From positions 1 to 13,090 of the forward strand of contig JBGCFM010000281.1 of the NCBI GenBank assembly GCA_045106895.1: DNA of 13,090 nucleotides, read 5' to 3'. Below are positions 1 to 7,855 of the stretch, one piece after another. Position 1 is the stretch's first letter. Each line of letters opens with the position of its first letter. Below the pieces are notes generated by a model, which worked only from the letters and a program-made list of their open reading frames with translations, was not told the DNA's origin and searched no databases. The DNA comes from Polyangiales bacterium (lineage in GTDB: Bacteria; Myxococcota_A; Polyangia; Polyangiales; Houyiibacteriaceae). The position numbers and the translations under genes are program-made.

Positions 1-1
1 G

Positions 2-910
2 GATGGTCGACGTGAGGCCGCCTTTGACATGCTCCAAGATCCCCAGGCCCTCGACCAAGTCGACCGCTTCCACGCGCTGTGGCTCGGCTACCGGCAGCTC
101 CCCCACTCTCCGGAGCTGACGACGAGCATGCGCCTCGAAACACGTGGGCTCATCGAGCGCGTTGTGTTCACCGAAGACGCGCCCTACATGGACCTCTTCC
201 GCGCCACGGACACCTTCATCGACGCACGGCTCGCGGAGCACTACGGCATGACGCTCCCCGGGGACGAGCCGGCCTTTGTCGAGTACGAGGACACCGGACG
301 CGGCGGCATCCTCGCTCACGGCTCGGTCCTTGGCGCCTTCAGCACCGGCGGCGACACGAGCACCACACGACGTGGTATTCACGTCCGCGAGCGGCTCCTT
401 TGCCAGGTGATTCCGCCCCCGCCTCCCACCGTCAACGTCGACGACATCCCGGAGACGAACTGCAAGAGCGAGTTCCTCGAGGTGCACCAGATGGGCGCTT
501 GCGGCGGCTGCCACTTGCTCATGGACCCCGTCGGATGGGGCCTTGAGAACTACGACCTCGAAGGCCGCTACCGCGAGCACGACGATGGGAAGCCCGAGTG
601 TGTCATCGACGGCCAGGGGCAAATCAGCGACCGCGATTTCACCGGTCCACGCGAGCTGGGCGAAATCCTCATCGACGGTGGCCGCCTCGAGAGCTGCGTC
701 GTGCGTCAGGTGATGCGCTTCGCCATGGGTCGCGAAGAGCTGCCGGATGATGAGCCCTTCATCCGCTTCCTCTCGTCGACTCGCATCGGCACCGACTGGA
801 CCTTCCAGGAGCTCTTGATCGACATCGTCGCCAACGAGCGATTCGGGCTGGTCCGCGAAGACAGCAGCGCAGACGCCGCAGACGAAGATACCGACGAAGG
901 AGGGGAGTGA
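2..910 (+). CDS. DUF1592/DUF1588/DUF1585-domain protein with a c-type heme motif (5'-partial, runs off the window)
   Basis: The frame is open from base 2 (DGRREAAFD precedes the M at 29). DUF1588-like block GILAHGSVL...TSTTRRGIHVRERLLCQVIPPPPP, heme motif CGGCH (500-514) followed by MDPVGWGLENYDLEGRYR, and DUF1585-like C-terminus (CVVRQVMRFAMGR). It sits directly upstream of a DUF1552 gene, the usual partner. Confidence 0.88.
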   Translation, partial: DGRREAAFDMLQDPQALDQVDRFHALWLGYRQLPHSPELTTSMRLETRGLIERVVFTEDAPYMDLFRATDTFIDARLAEHYGMTLPGDEPAFVEYEDTGRGGILAHGSVLGAFSTGGDTSTTRRGIHVRERLLCQVIPPPPPTVNVDDIPETNCKSEFLEVHQMGACGGCHLLMDPVGWGLENYDLEGRYREHDDGKPECVIDGQGQISDRDFTGPRELGEILIDGGRLESCVVRQVMRFAMGREELPDDEPFIRFLSSTRIGTDWTFQELLIDIVANERFGLVREDSSADAADEDTDEGGE

Positions 911-912
911 TC

Positions 913-2427
913 ATGGCCCGTAAGAAGAAAATCTCTCGTCGCGCCATGCTCCGAGGCGCCGGTGGCGTCGCCCTGGCGCTGCCTTTCCTCGAGGTCATGG
1001 CCAAGAGCGGCTCCCGCGCCCAAGACGACGGAATCCCCAAGCGCTTCCTCGTGTGCGTCGCCGGGTCCTCCCTCGGTGCGGGCGGCGTCGACATCGACGA
1101 CACCTACGTTCCGTCCGCGACGGGCGCGGGCTACGACCTGAAGACGGCGCTGGCGCCCTTCGCCGGCGGCACGCTTCAGACCGGCACAAGCTACGACGAC
1201 GTCAGCTCGCAGATCTCCGTGGTGACGAACCTGAAGATCCCATGGGCCGGCGAGAACGGCGGCACCGTCCCCGCCGGCGGCCGCCCCGACAACCACCATG
1301 AAACCATGGTCAGCCCGCTCCTCGCCGGCGTCCGCACGCCCATCGGGCAGTCGACGCGCGCCTTCGGCGCCACGAGTGACCAGGCCATCATCGACACCAT
1401 CGGCTCCGGCTCTGCTTTTGAGTCGCTCCAGTACTGCATCCAGCCGTCCACCTACCTCGGCGGCGGCGGCCTCTCGGGTCGCTCCACCATCAGCTACCGC
1501 GACGGCGGCGGCATCGGCGAGCGCGGCGAAGGCATCACGCCGCAAACGAGCCCCCGTCGCGCCTGGGAAGAGCTCACCACGGGCTTCGCCGCGACCAGCG
1601 AAGACCCCGCCATTCGCGCGGCCCAAGAAGCCGAGCGTCGCAGGCGCACCGCCGTCGTCGACGTCGTCGCCGAACAAGCGCGCGCTTTGCGGCGACGCCT
1701 CGGACTTCGTGACCAGCGCCGTCTCACGCAGCACTTCGACGAGCTCAGCGATCTGGAACGACGCCTCGGCGAGCTCGGCTCCGAGCCCATCGGCGCGTGC
1801 CGCTTGATCGATGACCCGGGCCCGGACCCGTCCCTCGGCGGCAACCGCCCCCAGGCCGCCGACGATTCCTACCCCTACATGGTCAGCACCGGCTACTCCA
1901 ATGAAGACCTCCGCGCCGAAGTCTTCATGCGCCTCATTCAGATGGCCTTCACCTGCGACATCACGCGCTCCATCGCCATTCAGTTCACCCACTTCCATTC
2001 GTGGATGAACATGAACGAGCTCCTCGGCCGCGAGTCCGACCTGCACGAGCTCGGACACTCGGGGCACGGCAGCGAAGGCATGGCCGAGAGTCTCGCGTGG
2101 CACTACAAGCACTTCGCGTCGCTGGTGCACTCCCTTGACAACACCCCCGAAGCCGGCGGCACGCTCCTCGACCACACCGCCATGGTGATGACCCACGAGG
2201 GCGGCTACGGATGGGACGCCGCCGACCAAGTCGGACAGCGCAGCCACTCCACCGAACGCATGGCCTGCCTCATCGCAGGGCGCGCCGGCGGCATGGTCCC
2301 CGGACAGCACATCGCCACCGACGAAGCGCATCCCGCGCAGGTCTTGGTGAGCGCCATGAGCGCACTTGGACACGAAGAGCGCTTGGGCGAAGTGGAAGGG
2401 CGTATCGAGGGATTGTTCGAGGGGTAG
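913..2427 (+). CDS. DUF1552 (HXXSHH family) protein with twin-arginine-type N-terminus
   Basis: N-terminus SRRAMLRGAGGVALALPFLE is typical of the family. It also has the DQRRLTQHFDELSDLERRL helix, AFTCDITR, LHELGH, GTLLDHT and HSTERM...IAG. GGAG at 904-907 precedes ATG 913; an alternative GTG 907 overlaps the upstream stop. Confidence 0.88.
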   Translation: MARKKKISRRAMLRGAGGVALALPFLEVMAKSGSRAQDDGIPKRFLVCVAGSSLGAGGVDIDDTYVPSATGAGYDLKTALAPFAGGTLQTGTSYDDVSSQISVVTNLKIPWAGENGGTVPAGGRPDNHHETMVSPLLAGVRTPIGQSTRAFGATSDQAIIDTIGSGSAFESLQYCIQPSTYLGGGGLSGRSTISYRDGGGIGERGEGITPQTSPRRAWEELTTGFAATSEDPAIRAAQEAERRRRTAVVDVVAEQARALRRRLGLRDQRRLTQHFDELSDLERRLGELGSEPIGACRLIDDPGPDPSLGGNRPQAADDSYPYMVSTGYSNEDLRAEVFMRLIQMAFTCDITRSIAIQFTHFHSWMNMNELLGRESDLHELGHSGHGSEGMAESLAWHYKHFASLVHSLDNTPEAGGTLLDHTAMVMTHEGGYGWDAADQVGQRSHSTERMACLIAGRAGGMVPGQHIATDEAHPAQVLVSAMSALGHEERLGEVEGRIEGLFEG

Positions 2428-2468
2428 CACTCCATCATACTGTCGAAGATGGCGGAGCCACTTAGCTG

Positions 2469-3146
2469 GTGCCATGGGACGCGAACACCGACGCAGACGA
2501 AGCGCTTGTCGCGCTCCTAGACCGGCCGGAGCGTGCGAACATATGCAGTCTCAGGATGCTCAGCTTCCAGGGGACAAGGCGTGTTCATCGCTCACTGGCT
2601 GCGCACGGCGCGACGCACCTCGTGACGCACCTGGAGCTGCGTGTTCAAAGCGAAGAGACCGAGCCGCCGATCGCAGGTCGTTTCCCTGGCCTCTTAGGCC
2701 TCGCCTGTTCGTCTCGTGAAATAGCGACACTGCTCAGAGGCGAGCATCCAATCCTACGTTCTCTCGTTCTTCGAGGCCCCGTCAACACGCAAACCTTGTT
2801 TGGTGTTCTTCAGCGAGCACCAAACCTGCGCCACCTGGGTGTGCACGGACATCGTTGGACAGACGACGACTTGGTTCTCTTCCTGGATGATGACCGCTTG
2901 CGTCGCTTCGAGAGCATCGAGCTCTGCGGCGGGAGCAGCGCGTCGACCTTCCCCTTTGAACTCGTCGCTGCGCGAAAGCGCGCGTGGTCTCACCTGAAGT
3001 TCCTCGGACTGCCAGGCCATGCCGTTGCTTCCGATACACGGAAGCTCTTCGCGGATGACCCGCAGGTGGTCTTTGTGGGGCACGACAGACGGCAAGTCAT
3101 CGCCCTCGACCTTGAAACGCACGGCTGGCCAGACTCGAGCCGTTAG
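2469..3146 (+). CDS. hypothetical protein with leucine-rich-repeat-like segments
   Basis: 225-aa ORF filling the gap between genes. Repeating LxxLxLxG units (LRSLVLRG, NLRHLGVHG, RFESIELCG, HLKFLGLPG). GTG start with an in-frame TAG just upstream (2463) and GGAG at 2454-2457. Confidence 0.6.
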   Translation: MPWDANTDADEALVALLDRPERANICSLRMLSFQGTRRVHRSLAAHGATHLVTHLELRVQSEETEPPIAGRFPGLLGLACSSREIATLLRGEHPILRSLVLRGPVNTQTLFGVLQRAPNLRHLGVHGHRWTDDDLVLFLDDDRLRRFESIELCGGSSASTFPFELVAARKRAWSHLKFLGLPGHAVASDTRKLFADDPQVVFVGHDRRQVIALDLETHGWPDSSR

Positions 3147-3183
3147 CCCATCCCTTCGCACGTACTGCGCCGAGCGCGGCATT

Positions 3184-3672
3184 TCAGCGCGCGGTGTCGC
3201 CCTCGACTTCGCACACACTCGACACCTCCGCCGTGTACTCCGTGCGCCAAGCGCGCTCTCCGGGTACTTGACGAACGTCTCGCGTCAGCAGCGTAAACTC
3301 AAAGCGCAAGCGCGCGGCCCCAACGTCTGCCACGAGCGGAAAGTCGTCGAGGTTCGTCCAGCGGATGGCCGTCGCGTGATGCATGGGCATACGAATGTGG
3401 GAGTCCGTGGCCCATACCCCGTTGCGCGGATCTCGGAGCACCTCCAGATGGCGTACCACACCATCGCCTTCACTTGCCTCCAGGTAGCTCGTCAGCTCCG
3501 GCGTCTCGGGCGCGGCACAGCGCGCTAGCCCCGATGTCGCCGGAGGCCGTTCCGCCGTCTCGCTTCCCGGGTCCGTGGTCGTGCTCGCACGCTCCGTGGT
3601 CGAACCACAGCCGAACACAACGAAGGCGACGGAAGCAACAAGTGGCATGCACCGAAGTGTCGTGAAACGCAT
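3184..3672 (-). CDS. putative lipoprotein, function unknown (162 aa)
   Basis: ATG at 3672 is separated by 1 nt from the stop of the upstream protease gene (3674). N-terminus MRFTTLRCMPLVASVAFVVFGC has a hydrophobic stretch and a lipobox-like VFGC, followed by a Ser/Thr-rich linker. Confidence 0.68.
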   Translation of the reverse strand: MRFTTLRCMPLVASVAFVVFGCGSTTERASTTTDPGSETAERPPATSGLARCAAPETPELTSYLEASEGDGVVRHLEVLRDPRNGVWATDSHIRMPMHHATAIRWTNLDDFPLVADVGAARLRFEFTLLTRDVRQVPGERAWRTEYTAEVSSVCEVEGDTAR

Positions 3673-3673
3673 A

Positions 3674-4510
3674 TCAGCCCGAGCATCCGCTCTGAACGAC
3701 GCATCCACCGACGCACGACCAACCTTCTCGGCAGGTATCGTCGTCGTAGCCATACGCGTCACAAGGGAACTTACATGCGTCGTTGCAACCGGTGTCTTGT
3801 GCGCAGAAGCCAACACATTCGCGCCCGCTCCGGCACTCTCCGGGCCTCAACGCCGCATCCGCGCAGCTCGTCGTGCAGAATGGGTCCGCCCCAAGGCGCG
3901 CGAACTCTTCGCGAACGAGCTCCAGCGTCGTCACGCGGTTGCCTGGGCATTCCAACCCGAAGCCAGTGCCGCTCGTTTCGTCGCAGCGTACGGAGCGAAG
4001 GCACTGCGCTTGTTCGTCGAACTCCAGGTCGTATCCGCCGCTCGCGAGAATGCCGACGACTTCGCGGGTCTCCATACTGAAGACAGGAGAGCCGGAGGTG
4101 CCGCCGAAGGCGTCGAGGTCCGTGACGAAGAACGAGCGTGGCCCTTCGTTCAGAACAACGCCGCCGAGCACAGCTTGCTGCGGCAAGCCTAGGCCATGGC
4201 CGATGAGCGCCACGTGAGTGCCTTCCGCGGGGTCTGAGGCGGCTAACTGGAGCGGCGGCAGAGGGGTGGCCCGGTCCAGCCTGAGCAACGCCCAGTCATA
4301 GCCCTCGGACTGCATGCGCGCCTCCACGCGCATGCAGCGATAGACCTCCGACGGCGAGTAGGCGCTCTCCGCGCGCGCGCGGTCGAGGCCGAACACGATG
4401 GCGCCTTCGTTGCACCCTCGGGCAGCACAATGCCCCGCCGTCATGACAAGATCCGGAGCGACGAGGAACACCATACGCAGTTCATAGCAGTGCCAAACAC
4501 GTACAGCCAA
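3674..4510 (-). CDS. trypsin-like (S1) serine protease with Cys-rich C-terminal domain; N-terminus apparently truncated (possible pseudogene)
   Basis: Catalytic triad motifs VMTAGHC (His), DWALLRL (Asp) and DAFGGTSGSPVF (Ser), plus 12 Cys in the C-terminal ~68 aa. No signal peptide; family-like sequence begins abruptly at FLVAPDLV (~4468). Confidence 0.8.
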   Translation of the reverse strand: MAVRVWHCYELRMVFLVAPDLVMTAGHCAARGCNEGAIVFGLDRARAESAYSPSEVYRCMRVEARMQSEGYDWALLRLDRATPLPPLQLAASDPAEGTHVALIGHGLGLPQQAVLGGVVLNEGPRSFFVTDLDAFGGTSGSPVFSMETREVVGILASGGYDLEFDEQAQCLRSVRCDETSGTGFGLECPGNRVTTLELVREEFARLGADPFCTTSCADAALRPGECRSGRECVGFCAQDTGCNDACKFPCDAYGYDDDTCREGWSCVGGCVVQSGCSG

Positions 4511-4615
4511 GCCTGGGAGGCTCCCCCGATGTAGGGACCCTCCCTGGCGGGCGCCGAAGCGCTCAACCTCTGTTGAGGAAGGACGTATACTCGGGCACCG
4601 CCCCCCCGTTCACAC

Positions 4616-6487
4616 ATGTCCCTTCTCTCGCGAATCGCCCCGGCCATTGCTTTCCTCGTCGTTTGCTGCGTGGCGGTGACGGGCGTCATGCTCTTGCGCG
4701 CATCCGACGAGCGTCGAGCGGACCGCGTAGAGGACATCCAAAGCGCCATCGTCGTCGCGCAGACCCGCTTTGAAGACGAAGTCGGTGAAGTGGTTCGGAG
4801 CACTCGTCTCCTTCAGCATTTGCCCGCCGTCGATGGCCTCGTCCGCGCGCGCCGAAACGGGGGCGTCGATCCTCTCGATGGCTCCACGGAAACCCAATGG
4901 TCGGATCGACTTGCCTTGGTCTTCGCGGAGATGCTGCGCAGCCACGGCACCTATCTCCAAGCACGTTTCGTCGGCATCGCCGATGGAGGGCGCGAGCTCG
5001 TTCGAGTGGAGCGCGCGTCCGGCGAAGAGGACATCCGCCGCGTCTCCGAACGCGACCTGCAGGAGAAAGAATCCGAGCGCTACTTTGCGACGGCCATTGC
5101 GGTCCAAGAAGGCGACATCTCTGTCTCTCCGGTCGATCTCAATCGCGAACATGGACAGATCGCCGAGCCGCACGTCCCGGTGTTTCGCATCTCCGCCCCT
5201 GTCTTTGAGCCCCGCGACGACTCGGCCGCGGTCGTGGGCTTCGTCGTCATCAACGTCGACGCCCGCGTCATTCTGGACAACCTCGCCGCGGCGTTTCCCA
5301 ACGACACCACCTATGTGATGCGCGGCGACGGTCACTTCGTATTGCATCCCGAACCGTCGCGCGCCTTTGGCTTCGACCTGGGGCAATCGCCCACAGCCCT
5401 CGCGGACTTTCCGACTCTCGCGTCCTTCATTCGAGGCGAGCAGGACGCAACACACCAGAGCGACGAGGACCAGCTCCTCGGCGCAGGCCGACTCACCAGC
5501 GGAGGCACCGAGGAGGAGTCGGTTCTCACTCTCGTCGTCACGTCCGATGCCGATGAGCTCGGTGGATACTGGGAGGTCATTCCCCCTTTGGCGGCTTTCG
5601 CGGCGATGGCCATCGTCCTGGGGCTTCTGCTCGCCTTCCTCGTCACGCGCCCCTTCCGAGACCTGGCCCGTGCGGTGACAGCCATGGAAACCGACGACCG
5701 CACATTGGACGTTCCAGAAGGACTCACCGGCGAAGCGAAGCAGCTCGCGGAGGTCCTTGAAAGGAGCATCGCAGCACTCCGGGCGAACGATCGGATCCAG
5801 GCGTCCAACCATGAGCTGCGACAGTTCGCGTACCTCGCATCGCACGACCTCCGAGAACCCATTCGGACCATCGCGAGCTATTCCGGGCTCCTCGAAGAAG
5901 AGTACGCAGAGCTCTACGACGAAGACGGGAGAACATTTCTCAAGTTCATCGGCCGGTCTTGCGAGCGCATGAACGCGCTCATCGACGGTCTCCTCGCGCA
6001 CAGCCAGCTCGGCAACGACGCCATCGCTGAAGTCGTCGACATGAAGAAGCTCGCCCTGGAAGTGGTCGAAGACCTGAACGCGAGTATCCGCGAGGGGGAC
6101 GCAAAGGTACACATCGCCGATACGCTGCCGACGCTGCGCCTATACCCACTCGAGGTGCGTCTCCTCTTCCAGAACCTACTAAGCAACGCGCTCAAGTTTG
6201 GTCGCGAGGGAGTCCCCGTCGAAGTCCATGTCGACGCGAAACACACGGAAGACGAGTGGACCTTTAGCATCGCCGACAACGGACAAGGAATCCCCGTCAA
6301 ACACCGTGAGCGAATCTTCGGCGTCTTTCAGCGACTCCACAACCGCTCGGAGCATCCAGGTTCGGGCATTGGACTGGCGCACTGTCAGAAGATCGTGCGC
6401 TTGCACCACGGTAGGATTTGGTTGGAGGATGCGCCGGGTGGCGGTACCGTCTTCTTCTTCACACTTCGCGAGAGACCTGCGGCATGA
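4616..6487 (+). CDS. membrane-bound sensor histidine kinase (Cache-like periplasmic sensor, HAMP-like linker, HisKA, HATPase_c)
   Basis: Two TM segments (IAPAIAFLVVCCVAVTGVMLL; LAAFAAMAIVLGLLLAFLV), H-box FAYLASHDLREPIRTI, N-box LFQNLLSNALKF, G1 DNGQGI, F-box IFGVFQRLH and G2 GSGIGLAHC. Confidence 0.95.
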   Translation: MSLLSRIAPAIAFLVVCCVAVTGVMLLRASDERRADRVEDIQSAIVVAQTRFEDEVGEVVRSTRLLQHLPAVDGLVRARRNGGVDPLDGSTETQWSDRLALVFAEMLRSHGTYLQARFVGIADGGRELVRVERASGEEDIRRVSERDLQEKESERYFATAIAVQEGDISVSPVDLNREHGQIAEPHVPVFRISAPVFEPRDDSAAVVGFVVINVDARVILDNLAAAFPNDTTYVMRGDGHFVLHPEPSRAFGFDLGQSPTALADFPTLASFIRGEQDATHQSDEDQLLGAGRLTSGGTEEESVLTLVVTSDADELGGYWEVIPPLAAFAAMAIVLGLLLAFLVTRPFRDLARAVTAMETDDRTLDVPEGLTGEAKQLAEVLERSIAALRANDRIQASNHELRQFAYLASHDLREPIRTIASYSGLLEEEYAELYDEDGRTFLKFIGRSCERMNALIDGLLAHSQLGNDAIAEVVDMKKLALEVVEDLNASIREGDAKVHIADTLPTLRLYPLEVRLLFQNLLSNALKFGREGVPVEVHVDAKHTEDEWTFSIADNGQGIPVKHRERIFGVFQRLHNRSEHPGSGIGLAHCQKIVRLHHGRIWLEDAPGGGTVFFFTLRERPAA

Positions 6488-6924
6488 AAAAGCTCAATGA
6501 GATCCTTCTCATCGATGACAACGAAGCGGACAACTTCTATCACAATCGCGTCATTTCCCGCCTTGGCTGCGCGGAGCATGTGGTCGTCAAGACCGATGGA
6601 CAACAAGCCCTCGATTACCTGACGACAAAAAGCGGAGGCAGCTTTCCGCAACCGGCGATCGTCTTCCTCGATATCAACATGCCGGTGATGAACGGCTGGG
6701 AGTTCCTGGAAGCCTACAAGGAGCTTGGTCCCGACCAAGGAGGACAGCTCGTCGTCATCATGCTCACCACTTCCCTCAACCCGAACGATCGGAAGGCAGC
6801 GGAGGGCACAACGGCGGACTTTCAGACCAAGCCCCTAACGCGCGAAACCCTCATGAAGGTCCTCGCCGACCACTTTCCCGAAGTGCACGCGTCCGTGAGC
6901 GCGACACCCGACAAGACGAGCTAG
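6484..6924 (+). CDS. single-domain response regulator (receiver only, Rcp1/CheY-like)
   Basis: ATGA overlap with the kinase stop (6484-6487). Motifs ILLIDDNEAD, FLDINMPVMNGWEFL (phospho-Asp), IMLTTS and TKPL. No output domain. Confidence 0.95.
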   Translation: MKKLNEILLIDDNEADNFYHNRVISRLGCAEHVVVKTDGQQALDYLTTKSGGSFPQPAIVFLDINMPVMNGWEFLEAYKELGPDQGGQLVVIMLTTSLNPNDRKAAEGTTADFQTKPLTRETLMKVLADHFPEVHASVSATPDKTS

Positions 6925-7084
6925 TGCTCGTCCCGAGCGCGGCGTTCAAACCGCAAGTGGCTCCTATGTTGTCGTTCGCGTGGAGCGTCGACCTACCAAA
7001 ACCGGCGCCGTGATTTTGTACTCGGTCCGCAGGAACAAGATCGTCTCGAGGGCGCAGCCAAATGAGACATCCGTACCGTGAAGC

Positions 7085-7183
7085 GTGCGTGACGAACCGT
7101 CGCCGTTCTCGGACGGCGCGCTGGAAGGTATCGGGGCTGGTGTCGTTGGCGCCCCGACGGCATTCTCGGTCTACGATGTCTAA
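7085..7183 (+). pseudogene. truncated, diverged copy of the N-terminus of the 7213-7833 membrane protein gene
   Basis: GTG-RDEPSPFSDGALEGIGAGVVGAPTAFSVYDV-TAA aligns without gaps to MREESSPFLDEAFGGVVAGLVGSIVGIAIYTL (13 of 31 residues identical after the start). Both starts are preceded by GAAGC. Confidence 0.6.
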
Positions 7184-7212
7184 GCCAAAACCACCAAAGG
7201 CGAATCCGAAGC

Positions 7213-7833
7213 ATGCGTGAGGAGTCCTCGCCCTTCCTCGATGAAGCGTTCGGCGGCGTCGTGGCTGGGCTCGTTGGGTCCATCGTTGGCATCGCCATCT
7301 ACACGCTCCGTCACGCGGGGTATCCGGGCCTCGGGGATGCGGGCCCGGGGCTCGCTGCGGAGGTGGCGTCTTTCAACGTCGTGCTCAGCGCGCTCATCTG
7401 CGGGTTCGTCGGCTTTCTACGCACACGGATCGGACGCTTCAAGGCCATCGCTTTCGTCGTCACCGCAGCCGGCCCCGTCGCTTACGCCTTCGCGAGCGTT
7501 CGTTTCTCGCACTACCGGATTCCCTTCGTCGATCACTTCATCGGCGCTCTCTTGGTCACCTTCCTATTCATGGTGAAACGTTTCGCGCCGTCGGCGCCCT
7601 GGTGGCGAGCCGCCGTGGCGCTGCTCGTGTCGGCGTTGCCCTTCGCCTTCCTCGGCGCGTTCTTGCCGCTCCTGCACGCGAGCGTGGAAACGCTGACGAT
7701 CTCGCGCTCGTTCACCACAGGTGGCCTAGGCGCCATCGTCGGCGCCGTCGTAGGGCCGCTGTGCGCACTCTGGCTCTGCCTCGCTGTGTGGAAGAGTGAA
7801 GCGCCGGCCGCGCCCATCGAGCCGTCTCACTAG
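7213..7833 (+). CDS. hypothetical integral membrane protein (~6 TM)
   Basis: 206-aa ORF with about six Gly/Ala-rich hydrophobic segments and mostly G/C third positions. Confidence 0.72.
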   Translation: MREESSPFLDEAFGGVVAGLVGSIVGIAIYTLRHAGYPGLGDAGPGLAAEVASFNVVLSALICGFVGFLRTRIGRFKAIAFVVTAAGPVAYAFASVRFSHYRIPFVDHFIGALLVTFLFMVKRFAPSAPWWRAAVALLVSALPFAFLGAFLPLLHASVETLTISRSFTTGGLGAIVGAVVGPLCALWLCLAVWKSEAPAAPIEPSH

Positions 7834-7855
7834 CTCGTTGTTTAAGACGCGTTGT

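Noticed and set aside
706..2475. 589-aa minus-strand ORF
   Set aside because: Antisense shadow of the GC3-biased DUF1552 gene, with no recognisable motifs.
3673..3816. Extended start (3816) for the lipoprotein
   Set aside because: It overlaps the protease C-terminus. ATG 3672 puts the signal peptide at the N-terminus.
4476..4496. sigma-54 promoter on the minus strand (TTTGGCAC...)
   Set aside because: The -12 GC is absent at the required GG-N10-GC spacing (it reads AA).
4550..4580. glycine riboswitch (CGCCGAAG)
   Set aside because: Lacks the GGAGA and CTCTCAGG conserved elements, and the downstream gene is unrelated to glycine metabolism.
4610..6112. 500-aa minus-strand ORF
   Set aside because: Antisense shadow of the histidine kinase.
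6418..6483. Extended start (6418) for the response regulator
   Set aside because: It overlaps the kinase. ATG 6484 gives the canonical receiver start and an ATGA coupling.
6925..7212. Missing 5' half of the protease on the far side of the two-component module
   Set aside because: Translating the minus-strand frames by eye showed no signal peptide or S1 N-terminal motifs.
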